From: the human T2T-CHM13v2.0 reference genome, Homo sapiens
DNA length: 64,000 bases
NCBI RefSeq assembly: GCF_009914755.1
Contig: NC_060947.1
Strand: one strand, 5' to 3'
Shown: piece by piece, positions 43,489 to 57,237 of the stretch
Layout: each line of letters opens with the position of its first letter
How positions within the stretch are numbered: position 1 is the first letter of the stretch
Made by a program: the position numbers and the translations under genes
Notes under the pieces: generated by a model
Seen by the model: the letters and a program-made list of their open reading frames with translations, nothing else
The model's database searches: none
What the model was told of the DNA's origin: nothing

Positions 43489-45049
43489 GTTTTCAAATAT
43501 TTATTGCATTATACAGTTTGTCTCTTTACCCTGTTGATTGTTTTATTATTGGTTTCTTTGCTGTGGAGAAGCATTTTAGTTTGACATAATCCTATTTGTC
43601 TATTTTTGCTTTCGTTTTCTGTGCTTTTGAAGTCTTATCCAAAAAACCTTGTGTTTATTCCAATGTCCTAAACTATTTTGTCTATGTGGTCTTCTAGTAG
43701 TTTTATCATATTGGGTCTTACATATATGAATTTGATCCATTTTGAGATCATTTTTTATAGGGTGAGAGATACAAGTCTAGTTTCATTTTTCTGCATGCTG
43801 ATATCCGTTTTACCCAACACCAGTTATTGAAGAAACTATCCTTTCACCAATGTGTGTTCTTGGATCCTTTGTTTAAAATCAGTTGACTCTAAGTCTATGG
43901 ATTGATTTCTCTACTATTTAATTTGTTTCATTAGGCAAGGTGCTTATTTATATGCCACTACCATGCTGTGTTGTTTACAATAGCTTTGTAATATATTTTG
44001 AAGTCAGGTAGTGTGATGCCTCCAGCTTTGCTCTTTTTTGTTCAGTATTTCTTTGGCATTTCAGGGTCTTTACGGTTTAATATAAAATTTAAGTTTTTTT
44101 TTTGTTTCTGTGAAGAATGTCATAAGTATTTTGACAGATTCCATTGAATCTATGGATTGCTTTGGTAGTATGAATGTTTTAACAATGTTAATTATTCACA
44201 TCCATGAACACAGGATGTGTTTCCATTTATTTGTGTCCTTATAATTTATTTCATGAATATTTTATAGCATTAATTGCATAAATCTCCCCCTTTTGATTAA
44301 ATTTTTTCCTAATTTTATTTTATTTAGTTATTGTATATTGGATTTCTTTTCTTCAGATAGTTTGCTATTGGAATATAGAAATATTATGATTTTTAATGTT
44401 GATTTTATATCTCAAAACTTCACTGCATTTTTTTAAATTCTAACAGTGTTTCTATGAAGTTTTTATTTTTTAAAAATGTCATGTTTCTGTAAATAGAAAA
44501 AATTTGACTTTCTTTTTTTCCAATTTGGATGCCTTTTATTTACTTCTCTTTCTTAGTCGATCTGCCTAAGACTTACAGTACTAATTTGAATAAAAGTGGT
44601 GAAAGTGGGCATTCTTGTGTTATTTCAGATATTAGAGGAATAACTGTTAACATTTTTCCATTTAGTATGTTATCTGTGGATTTGTCATACATAGCTTTTA
44701 TTGTGTTGAAATACATTCTTGCAATACTACATTTGTTGAGAATTTTTATTATAAAAGAATGTCTATTTTTTCAAACACTTCTGCATTTATTGAAGTGGTC
44801 ATATACTTTTTGTCTTTCATTCTTTTAATGTGGTGTATTATCTTTATTCATTTCTGTGCATTGTACCATCCTTGCAACCCTGGGATGAATATCACTTCAT
44901 CATCGTTAATAACCTTTATAATGTAATGTTGAATTTGGTTTGCTAGTGCTTTTTGAGGATTTTTGCATCTATGTTCATCAGGGATATTACCCTACACTCC
45001 CGTTTTCTTTTAGTGCTTTGTCCTTGTCTGGTTTTGGTATCAGGGTAAT

Positions 45050-45134
45050 GCTGGCCCCATAGAATGAGTTTGGAAGAATTCCATCCTGTCCAGCTGGCCC
45101 CATAGAATGAGATTGGAAGAATTCCATTCTGTCC
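45050..45134. repeat. 43-bp tandem duplication in L1
   Basis: gctggccccatagaatgag(t/a)ttggaagaattccat(c/t)ctgtcca, two copies. Confidence 0.95.
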
Positions 45135-46329
45135 AATTTTTTTGAAATAGTTTGAAAAGAATGAATAATAATTTTTATTTAAATGTATAGGAAAAATCAG
45201 CAGTGATGCCATTAGGTCCTGGGCTTTGCTTTTATGGGAGATATTTTATCACTGATTCACTCTTGTTAAGGTTTTTCTATTTCTTCATGATTCAAATTTG
45301 GTAGGTTGTTTCCAAGAACTTATCTATTTCTTCTAGGCTTTCCATTTTGTTGGTATATATTTGTTCAAAATCGTCTCTAATAATTCTTAGTATTTCTGCT
45401 GTAACAGTTGTAGTATCAGCTTTTCCATCTCTGGTTTTATTTGGCTCCTTCCTCTTTTTATTTTAGCTAGTCTAGCTAAAAGTTTGTCAATTATGTTTAC
45501 CTTTTAAAAAATCCAGCTCTTTGTTTTGTTGACTTTTTTACTCTTTATTTTGTTTATTTCTGACTCAATCTTTATAATTTCTTTCATTCTACTAATTTGG
45601 GTTTCTCTTTGCTCTTGTATTTTTAGTTAACTGAAGTGTAATATTAGGTTTTTTATTTGAAACCTTTTTTAATGTAAATGTTTATTGGTATAAAGTAGTC
45701 TCTTTAAACTTCTTTTGCTATATTCTAAAGGTTTTGGTATGTTTTGTTTCTATTTCCATTTGTCTCAAAAATTTTAATTTCTCTTTTAATTATTTCTGTT
45801 GACCACTTGCTTGTTCAAGAGCATGTTTAATTTTCATGTATCTGCAAAATGTTCAAGATTTCTTCTATTTTTGATTTCTAGTTTGATAGAACTGTGGTTA
45901 GAAGTTATTTGATATGATTTAAATCTTCTTAGATTTGTTCATATTTGTTTTACAGCCTTACATAATCTACCTGAAAGAATGTTTAATGTGGAGTTGAGAA
46001 AAAAGTGTATTCGGTAGCTGTTGCATAGAATGTTCTGTACATGTCTGTTAGGTCCATTTGGTCTCAAGTACAGTTTAAATACATTATTTTTTTTCTTAAA
46101 TTTTATTAAATTAGGTAAGAAATTACATGGGTAATGTAAAATTGTTCTTCATACCCTGTTTAATGCATCTTTTATTATTATTATACTGAAATGAGGTACT
46201 GTAATCTTTCACCTAAGTTCCTGAGTTCTTGTGGTGATTTTTTGTGTGTGGATAGTTGTTCAAATTGATGTCGTTGTTGGAGGATAATCCCTGGAGAGTT
46301 CTACTGTACCATCCTGTGCCGCCCTCTCA

Positions 46330-48050
46330 TTAAATAAGCAACTCTTTAAATAACTTAATTAGCAAAAACCACAAATATGTGAGAAAAAGAAATGAAAATT
46401 GGGAAATAAATAAACTGATAAAATTGCAACTATAAGAAACTAATATTTTCACCTCTATGGTAATAAATGTGAAAAATTGGATGAAATAGATAATTTTCTA
46501 GAAAAATGTACTTTACCAAAAACGACCGTAAAATACATAGAATATCTCAACAGACTAGTTTCCACAGAATAATTTGAGAAAATTATCCAAAAGATCACCC
46601 CACCTCACATAAACAGAAACAAAAAAAGACTCAGGTAATGGTTTCTCTGGAAGATTCTATCTAACCTTAAAAAAAAAATTTACTTCAGAGACGGGGGAGG
46701 AATAGCATTAGGAGAAATACCTAATGTAAATGACGAGTTGATGGGTGCAGCAAACCAACATGGCACATGTATACCTATGTAACAAACCTGCACATTGTGC
46801 ACGTGTACCCTAGAACTTAAAGTATAATAAAAATTAAAAAAAAATAATAATAGAGTGTAGACATGCAAGGACATTCCCTATAATAATAAGAAAATCTCTG
46901 GAAAAAAATAAATAAATAACTTCAGGGCATGGAAATAAATAGAGCCTAAAGCTATTTATTTTTCATGAAGCTACTTCAGACTCATAGAAAATTTCAAACA
47001 ACAGCACAAAAAATAAAACTTTAAACCAATCTCATTTAGAAAAATAGATGCAAAACTCAACCTAAAATATTAGTAATTCAACAGCACATTAAAAGAGCAA
47101 ATCCATATTGAGTAAGATTTGTTTCAGGAATACAAAGAAAGTACAGTAATAGGATACCTGATAATTTAACTCATTATCATAGCAGACCTAAGAACCATTT
47201 TTGATTGACTCTATAGATGCTGAAAAGCATATTGCAAAATTCAACAATTTCTCGATTTATAAAAATAGTTCATAAAATAAGAATGCATGGATATTTTCTT
47301 AAGCTAGTAAAATTCTCACCCCAAAAGCAGCATTATGCTTAATAAGTAAATAATAGATCCATTCATGTTAAAGTAAAAAAGTAGATGAGAATGTTCACAA
47401 TTATTCTTATTATTTGATGTTAACTTGGAAATACTAGCTAAAGCAATTAGACCTCTGAAAGAAATTAGATATAAATTGCATAGAGGGATGTGAAACTATC
47501 CCTATTTGCAAGTGATAAGATTGTATTTATAGAAAATCCCGGTAGATCAAATGAAAAAAGTAATGAAAAGCAGTGAATCAGTGAGGTGCAAAATAATACA
47601 CAGAAATTAATAACTTTCATATGAATGCATAACCACCAATATGGTTATTATTGAAATGGAATAGAGAGTGTGATGGAAGAAGTCACAGCTTAACAATAGC
47701 AATTAAACAGACTAAATATGTAAGATGTGTTAATACTAGTAGGCAAGTTTTATATAAAGAGAAAACTGTAAAAGCACTCATGAAGGACAAAAAAGAAGAT
47801 AAGCAGTATATACTATCCTAAATATAAATGACCAAAAACATGTTATTAATCCTCCATAAACTAGCCTATAAATTTAACACAAACCCAATAAAAACACTAA
47901 CAGTGTTTTGTGGGAAGTTAGAGAATCTGATCGTCATGCCTGTAGAGAAAAATAAAGAAGTATATATAAAACATTCTGAAAGAGTACTAAAAAGGGAATA
48001 ATTATATGAGGATTTGAAATATATAAAACTGTAATAAATGAGACCCATTA
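46330..48050 (+). mobile_element. L1ME-type ORF2 remnant
   Basis: Degenerate RT motifs (gatgctgaaaagcat, ctatttgcaagtgataagattgtat). Confidence 0.7.
46693..46851 (+). mobile_element. L1PA5/6-like 3' stub
   Basis: gcattaggagaaatacctaatgtaaatgacg…cctagaacttaaagtataat. Confidence 0.93.
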
Positions 48051-48128
48051 TAGAAAGGAGTCTGAAGTTTCCTCAGAAAACTAAAAATAGAATTACCATA
48101 TAATCCAGAAATCCCACTTCTGGATATA

Positions 48129-51100
48129 CATTTTGAACATCTCTAATCCAGAAATTCAATATCCATTCAGTATGATACTGGCTGTGGTTTTAAATGTCCA
48201 TCAAGGATAGACTGGATTAAGAAAATGTGGCACAAATACGCCATGGAATACTATACAGCCATAAAAAAGGATGAGTTCATGTCCTTTGTAGCGACATGGA
48301 TGAAGCTGGAAACCATCATTCTGAGCAAACTATCGTAAGGACAGAAAACCAAACACCGCATGTTCTCACTCATAGGTGGGAATTGAACAATGAGAACACT
48401 TGGACACAGGGAAGGGAACATCACACACTGGGGCCCGTCATGGTGTGGGGGGATAGGGGAGGGATAGCATTAGGAGAAATACCTAATGTAAATTATGAGT
48501 TAATGGTTGCAGCAAACCAACACGGCACATGTATATATATGTAACAAACCTGCACATTGTGCACGTGTACCCTAGAACTTAAAGTACAATAATAAAAAAA
48601 AGAAATTCAGTTTCTAAAATGCTCCCAAATTGGAGTTCTGAGATGAAGTCACAAGTGAAAAATTTCACATCTGACCTCAAGTGACAGGTTACAGTCAAAA
48701 CAGGTACACAAGACACAGTTTATTTAGTACCCCCCAGGGAAAAAAGATTTTTCCAGCTTCTCTCAGCTGTAGTATGTCTTTTCTGTGCATGCCCAGATTC
48801 CTACAAACATGCCCACAAAATGCAATAAAATTATATGTGTGTAGGCTAGATGCATCAACAAGAGGTTTCCCATGATGCCCCACATGGGGCCAATACCTAC
48901 AGGCTTTACATATTAGTATTATTTTTGGTTCATTCTCTGTTGTGTGGTTGTAAAGATACAGTGTAAAATATCAAGAAGGCCTGCAGATACTTTTATGAGT
49001 AACGGTGATAAGAGGAAAGCATTTATGTTTAATAAATACAATGTATTTATAAATAATGAAATAAATTTATATATAAATTACTAATAAATATAATTTATTT
49101 AATAATTAAATAGAAGAGGCACCATTTATGTTTATCTTTGACATAGAAAGTCAAGTTGTTGGAGAAACAAGATAGCAGTGTAAGTGTGAAATGTCTTACA
49201 GAAGAGTATGATATTGGAATGAACAGCATATATGACCTGAAGAAAAAGAATGCTAAACTTTTGATGTTTTAGGCTGCACATGATGAGCAGAAGTTAATGA
49301 ATTTAAAAAAATGCATAAACTTAAAAATCAAATGAAGATCTTTATTGTATTTTGAAAGAGTGGATCCATGAGCACTGCACTGAACACATGCCACTTAAAG
49401 GTATACTGACCATAAAACGAAGAAAGATCTATCACAAGGAATGGAAAATTGAAAAGAACTAGAATATTCAGCAAGCTAGTTTCAGAGATTTAGAAAAAGC
49501 CACAACATTAAATTGTTGAAATTTGTGGTGAGAAAGCATCTGCTGTCATAAAGCAGCAGGGAAATTCAGTGACAAGTTTACCAAAGTCCTTGCTGATGAA
49601 AATCTCATGTCAGAACAAGTCTACAATGATGATAAAATATCATGTTTTGGAATTATTGCCCCAGAAAGTCACAGAGTACAGGCGAAGAGACAGGAATTAA
49701 GGATGCAAAGCACAGAATAACTCTGTTAGGATTTGCTAATGCAGCAGGCATGCATAAGTCTAAACTTGCTGTGATAGGCAAAAGCTTGCATTCTCACTGG
49801 TTTTAAGGAGTGAATTTAGTACTAGTCCATTATTATGTTAACAAAAGGGCACGTGTCACCAGGGACATGTTTTCTGATTTTTTCTCAAGCAATTTTATAC
49901 CAGCAGCTGATGCTCACTACAGGGAAGCTGATTGGAAAATGACTGCAAGATTGTGTTGTTTCTTTATAACTGTTTTACTCATCCTCCAGCTAAAATTGTC
50001 ATCAAAAATACTGTTTGTGCAATGTACTTTTCCCCAAATGTGACTTCTTACTTCAGCCCTGTTACCAGGGTATCCTTGCATCAATGAAGAGTAAATATAA
50101 GACACTTTTTGAACAGTATGCTAGCAGCAGTGAACAGAGGCATGGGTGTGGAAGGTTTTCAGAAGGAGTTTGGCGTGAAGGTTGTCCTATATGTTTTTGC
50201 TAACACTTGGAACACAGTGACTAAAGATACAGTTGTGCATACCTGGCACAGCCTCTGGCCTGCAACTGTTTTCAGTGATGATGGTAAACAAGGAAGTGAC
50301 TGAATAATTATGTATGTAAAGTGAGAACAAAATAATGTCTGACCTCCTTACATATGCAAAAAATATACCCTCAGAGTCCATCAGTAATATGGAAGAAGTG
50401 ACTATCAAAGAAATTTTTAATATCACTAAAGAGGTTCCAGTAGTTCATTAGTTGACTAATGGTGAAATAGCCAAAATGGCTCTTTATCAAAGTGATTTTG
50501 ATAATAATCAAAATGAAGATGATATTGTTAACACTGCAAAAAGAAGAGCCTATCAGTAACATGGTGAAAATGTGTACTAGTCTTATTGAGGACTAGAATG
50601 TGTGCATTCATAATAGAACAAGAAATTATGTCTGTTTATAAAATCAAAGAGAGACTTCTAAGACAAAAACTGTTGTTAATGAGACAAATGAATCTGGAGG
50701 AAACATTTTAAAAGCCATCCAGCAGAATGCCTCCTCATCCCTCAAGGACCCATTTCCTGGTCCTTCAACTGCTTCTGGTGTTTCTTCTCATCTAAAAAAA
50801 AAATACAATGTACTGTAACCTTTTAATCAAAACACAGCATCGTGGGTAGAAACTAAAATGCTGCTGTAGTTTGTTGTTTAACAGTTAATACAAGTATTAT
50901 GATGATGCTACTGTGTTATTTTGTTACACTGAGCATATTATTTTTCACTGTATTAACGGCATGTCATAATTTTTACTGTTAAGTATTGATGTGTGAATAA
51001 ATGTGAGAAAATGATTGCTTATCAGTAGCATATAAATTTAGAGTGAGGAATGACGGTGATGACAAACAACCACAGATTTTCCACGTGGGTGGCTGAGATA

Positions 51101-51354
51101 GTGACATCATTTCTTTCTGATGATTCAATGTATACAAATGTTTGTTTCATGCATAAAATCATTAAAATATTATATAAAATTACATTCAGCCTATGTATAT
51201 AAAGAGTATATGAAGCAAACATATTTGTATTTCAATTTGGGTCCCATTCCCTATATATCTCATTATATATATGCAAATATGCTAATAATTGAAAAAAATT
51301 AAAACTCCAAACACTTCTGGTCCCAAGCAGTTTAGATAAAGCATACTCAACCTG
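48129..51354 (+). mobile_element. Tigger4/Zombi DNA transposon, near full length, transposase disrupted
   Basis: Terminal cattttgaacatctctaatcc … aaacacttctggtcccaagc…actcaacctg; pogo-type DDE remnants (tgctaatgcagcaggc). Confidence 0.85.
48164..48600 (+). mobile_element. L1PA5/6-like 3' end with a ~27-bp inverted ORF2 piece at its 5' end
   Basis: TSD agaaattca(a/g)t(a/t)tc at 48150-48163 and 48601-48614. Confidence 0.92.
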
Positions 51355-52545
51355 TGTATATCCAGAGGAATTTAAATCAATATGTACAAAAGACATCCGC
51401 ACTCTGATGTTCATTGCAGAATTATTTAAAATAGCCAAGATATGGAAACAACCTAAATGTGGGTCAATGGATTAATGGATAAAGAAAACGTGGTATATAT
51501 ATATACATAATATAACACTGTTCAGTCTTAAAAAATAAAATTCTGTTACTTGCAATAACATGCATAAATGTGGAGGGCATTATGCTAAGAGAAATAAGGC
51601 AGGCACACGCAAAACAACAAATACTGCATGCTCACATTTACATGTGGAATCTTAAAAAAAGTCAAACTTACAGAAACAGAGTAAAATGGTGGTTACCGGG
51701 GCTAGGGGAATGGGGTAGATGGAGAAAGGGAAGATGTTAATCAAAGGGTACAAAATTTCAGTTAGTTAGAAGGATTTAGTGATCTACTGCACAACAATAA
51801 TTACTGCATGTTTTAAAATTGCCGAAATAGTAGATTTTAAATGTTTTCACCACAGAAAATAAGTATGTAAAATGATGGATTTGTAAATATAGTTTGATTT
51901 AATTATTCAAGAATGTAAACATATAGCAAAATATCATATTGTATGCCATAAATATACGATGTATATAATGATTAGTCAATTAAACATTAAATAAAAGATA
52001 CAATTAAATTTTAAATGGAATGTTTGTTACAGATACATGAATAGTCAAAAGATGAAGAGAATTTGACATCCAGGAATGGACCTCAATGCATATAAGAGTT
52101 TAGTATTATACAGATGTCACTTCAAGTCAGTGCAAGAACATAAACTTGTTTTATATACAGTGTTAGAAAAACTTGAGTAACCATTTGGTAAACAACAGAA
52201 GTTGGATTTGTACCTTAAATCATATATCAGCATATGTTTCAAATGAAGCAGTAATTTAAATATGAAGATAGCTTTACTAGATAAGCAGAAGTAAATAATA
52301 GATAACTTGTATAAATCCATTGAATGAAAGATGCCTTTCTTCCACCTGCCTCCACAAGGACATGTTCCACATTTATTTACATTTTTGGACTAACTTTAAT
52401 CTCAAAGTCATATCTTCATACACCTATTTCCTATGTGTTGATGCCACCTAGACTTAAATGCAAGGTTTGTTAAACAAAGACTGTAAACAAGTGTTTACCT
52501 GTATTTTAATCTATTAATTGATATCAGGAAACTTTATTTTGTTTC

Positions 52546-52904
52546 TTTTTTTATTTTATTATTATTATACTTTAAGTTTTAGGGTACATGTGCACAATGT
52601 GCAGGTTAGTTACATATGTATACATGTGCCATGTTGGTGTGCTGCACCCATTAACTCATCATTTAGCATTAGGTATATCTCCTAATGCTATCCCTCTCCG
52701 CTCCCCCCACCCCACAACAGGCCCTAGAGTGTGATGTTCCCCTTCCTGTGTCCATGTGTTCTCATTGTTCAATTCCCACCTATGAGTGAGAACATGCGGT
52801 GTTTGGTTTTTTGTCCTTGCGATAGTTTACTGAGAATGATGATTTCCAGTTTCATCCATGTCCCTACAAAGGACATGAACTCATCATTTCTTATGGCTGC
52901 ATAG
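52546..52904 (-). mobile_element. L1PA3-like 3' end
   Basis: Antisense young L1 3'UTR (catttagcattaggtatatctcc). Confidence 0.95.
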
Positions 52905-53790
52905 AATTTCAGTTAGACTGCAAGAATAAGTTTTAGAGACCTATTGCACTACATGGTGACTACAGCTAATGATAATATATAGTATATTTCAAAGTTGCTA
53001 AATGAATAGATTTTTAAAACATTCTTATCACCAAAATATAAGTTGGTGGGATGATGGATATGTTAATTCGCTTGATTTCATCTTATACATAGAGGGAAAC
53101 ATCATATTGGTCCCCGGAAATATACACAATGATCATTTGTCAGTTAAAAGAGTAAAAAATATAATAGAAATGATTAATAAATTTGATTTTATGAAATACA
53201 AGTAAAACTTGTAAGGCTAAGATCAAAATACAAAGCAACAACAACAAATGAAAGCACTGTGAATAAAGTACAAAAAAATGACACAGAACAAAAATGTTAC
53301 TTTTATCATCAGGAAAAAATGAATCTTCTTATATATAAAGAGTACCTGCAACTGGAGAAGGTAACTATCCTCACTTGTAATAAAAGAAATATTACTTAAA
53401 ACTACTTGAAATTTCTCTTTTGAAACTATCAGATTGGCTATAATTGAAAGTCTTGGTAATAAACTTACTGGCGAAGCCTTATATAAACAATCACTTTCAT
53501 TTGTTACTGGTAGGAATACAAATTGGAATGAAATTTGACACTGTCTATCAAAATTTCAAATACATAGATTTTTTTGTCCCTAGAATTCCACTTCATGAAT
53601 TAAACCCATTAATGGTCCTGTGTATGCGTAAAATGAAATGTTACATAATGTTATTTATTGCAAAAGTATTTGTTGAAACAATGATAAAAATATCTCAGTG
53701 TGAATTGATCACAAGATGAATAAGTCATGCTACATTTATATATTGGAGTACAATCCTGTTTTAAGAAAGAACAAAGACATTCTTTAGAGA
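52905..53790 (+). mobile_element. L1MA 3' end followed by L1ME remnants
   Basis: aatttcagttagac…gatggatatgttaatt. Confidence 0.7.
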
Positions 53791-53794
53791 GACA

Positions 53795-54020
53795 GTTTAA
53801 TGCAATGTTTTAGGCCGCTGATATCAGAACAAGTCTTCCTGGCTTCCTCTCACAACTCTATTGCTTATTAACTGTGTAATCCTGGGTAAGTTCCTAAGGC
53901 TCATTTTCATCATATATAAAATGCAGATAATACTAGAACTTACTGTTTAGGATTTTCATCAACCTTAGATATATCAGCTCATTTCATATATAGTAAACGC
54001 TATATAAGCATTAGCTATTT
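53795..54020 (-). mobile_element. MIR
   Basis: actgtgtaatcctgggtaagtt…catcatatataaaatgcagataata. Confidence 0.7.
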
Positions 54021-54357
54021 CTTCCATTGTTGATTTGCAAAAGTCTCCAAAAATGGTTTCAAGTAAAAATGTAAGTAAAGAACAAAGTTACAGTGTGTTG
54101 CCCATTGTTTAAAAGAAAGAATGTAAGGAGATACATTTGTATTTTCTTGCTTATACATAATTAAACTCAAATATACATATATATATAAAACAAAGAAATT
54201 AGAATATAATTTCTAAAAAATTGAATAAATCACTGATTTCTACATAAGAAACAGTAATTACATTTGGTAATGTGATGGGAATTGGGCAAATGAGGCACAA
54301 GGGTGGAAGAGGTATTATTAATGGATAGTTTAATTTTCGACCATGCGATTGAAGCCC

Positions 54358-54663
54358 TGTTACACGGTGAATTGTGTCCTCATACACAGCCCCCGACCCC
54401 ACAAAAAAAAGATATGTTGACATGTTAATTCTTCAGAATGTGATGTTATTTGGAACTAAGGTTCCTGCAGACATAGTTCATTAAAATGAGGTCATACTGG
54501 AGTAGGGTGGTATCATAATCCCATATGACTGCTGTTCTTATACAAAGAGGAGAAGAGACACAGACACAAGGGGAGAATACCATGACCACAGAGGCAGAGA
54601 TTAGAGTTTTGCTGTCAGAAGCCAGAAGGCAAGGAATGCCCGGGACTACCAGAAACTAGAGGA

Positions 54664-54701
<38 letters not shown>

Positions 54702-54859
54702 CTCCTACTTACAGCCCTCAGTGGAAGTGTGGCCCTGCCAATAACCTGATTTTGAATTTCTAGCTCACAGAGCTCAGAACTGTGAGAAAATAAATTTCAG
54801 TTGTTTTTAGCCACCCAATTTGTGGCAATTATCTACAGTAGTTTTAGAAAATGGATACA
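54358..54859 (+). mobile_element. MLT1B/C LTR with an internal A32 tract (54667-54698)
   Basis: gaggtcatactggagtagggtgg…cagaactgtgagaaaataaatttc. Confidence 0.9.
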
Positions 54860-55619
54860 AATCCCTAACTGACAATTAAATATACATATATAGTATATAT
54901 TATCTTGAAAGTTGTAAAACGACAGTTTAAATAAGTAATGAACATAGTACTTCTCACTTCCTGTTGGATCTATCACTTCAGATGAGAATTTTATATACAA
55001 TTGAACTGAACTCTGTTAGACCAATAAAAGTATTTGTTTTTGAAACTTAGAGAATTAACAAAATCCAGTAAATCCACTCTCTTACAGATTGTACCTCACT
55101 TACTTATTTTCTATATGTATAATTTTATATCAATTTATTATTAAAAGCAAAAGACTTGCTCGTGGAGACTGTTGTTAAAACCTGACTTGATTTAAGGAGG
55201 GAAGAAGCCACAGAAACAAATGAGTCACCAGGAAATAGCTAATCATCTTTGTGTGACTCACTGTAAGAATCCTTTAATACCGGCTAAAAACATGCATTTA
55301 ATTTCATATTTATAGGACTAATGGTGAATAGAATAAAAACAGTATAGCCTGTTTTAAACTATCACTTTTTGAAAATTACTTTAGATATTTGTTTAAACTA
55401 TTAAAATAAATCCTAAAACAAATGTTCTCTCATATTTGAAACCTGCATTACATAAAACCCCATAAATAAATTTTTCTGTGCTTGGTGGTCAGCTTTCTTC
55501 ATGAAGCATTGCTGAATCCCCAAATTCTAGATCATACTGCAGCTGAGATATTGGCATAGAAACACAGTCCTCATTTTGATGTAATACTGGCTATTAGTTC
55601 AAGCTGTATGATTGAAAGA

Positions 55620-55860
55620 ATGTTGTGGTATAGGAGAAAAAGCATAAGGCAAGACAACAAGAGGCCTGGGTCCTAGACCAAGCTCTACCTCTTATTACCT
55701 TTGTAAATCTCAGCAACATTGTTCTCATCTACAAAGGAGAGGTAACAGTAACAAGATACTTAGAGTTGTATGTTTTCTTCCAGTATAGAAGGTTATTTGG
55801 GAGATCAATGTAATAGTGAATATGAAAGTGCTTTGCAATTTGTATAACTGCATAAATGCA
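55620..55860 (-). mobile_element. MIR
   Basis: cctgggtcctagaccaagctctac…tgaaagtgctttgcaa. Confidence 0.65.
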
Positions 55861-56483
55861 AAATTATCTTTCCATTTCATAAAGAGACAATTTTTCTCTT
55901 ATAACTTTATTTATTTTTCAGTTTAGTAAAAGAAAGAGGTAACATCAATGGTAGCCAACCATGCAGTATCATGTGGTCAAAGTAAGCCCCCTTAATATAT
56001 TTTTAGATGAATTTATAACGTTGTATTTATCTATTTTCTTTTGAAACTCTGCAAGCTTCTATTTTGCATAACTATATTTCATTAATAAAATATAACTGTT
56101 GATAATAGCCAGAGAACTTGGAAAACCTCAGCAGCATTTAATATAGCAATATTAAAGTGGAAATAAAATAAATATATATCACATATAAGAAAACTGGCAC
56201 TCAAAATTGTTAGTACAGCATTTAAACATAAGTCTAAATTTAATATCTTCTAATCTCATTTCCTATTTTCTCCAAATATTTTGACTTGCATTACTCTATT
56301 TTACTTTCTATGCACTCACCATGCATAGTTATTTCTATTAGTTTATGGGTGAAAAAATTGAGATTTTGAGAGGATATCTAGGGTATCCCTGCTGGCAAAT
56401 GACAGAACTGAACTAATACTCATTTTTTCTAGTCGCTAAACCATTGCACTTAGCATCAAGATTGATTTATTCAAGAACTGTGT

Positions 56484-57004
<521 letters not shown>

Positions 57005-57237
57005 CTAAAGGCAGCTAAATGTACTAAATGAGCAGATATTTAAGTCAGAGGCATAACTTTAAGGAGTTAGCTATCTGGAAGGCTCTGAGAATGAAAGGCC
57101 CAAACTTGAGGAAATTGTTTGGGAAGAACACTTCCTTCTGTGCGTATCTGTATGGTTCCCACTGTTCCACACAGGTAAACTACTGCTACATCAGAATATG
57201 AGGCTATTCATTCAATCTGGATTTAAAATGCAAGGAT

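Larger units (their letters stand above)
42555..46325 (-). mobile_element. L1MA ORF2 region joined to a ~200-bp L1 5' terminus
   Basis: Long antisense ORF2 to ~46085; 5'UTR-terminal motifs at 46130-46325. Confidence 0.82.
48050..52000 (+). mobile_element. L1MA 3' end split by Tigger4
   Basis: atcccacttctggatata | resumes at 51355 as tgtatatccagaggaa. Confidence 0.85.

Noticed and set aside
46085-46325. Spliced L1 (SpIRE) joining the 5'UTR to ORF2
   Set aside because: The junction has AT-rich filler and no evident splice boundary; a simple deletion suffices
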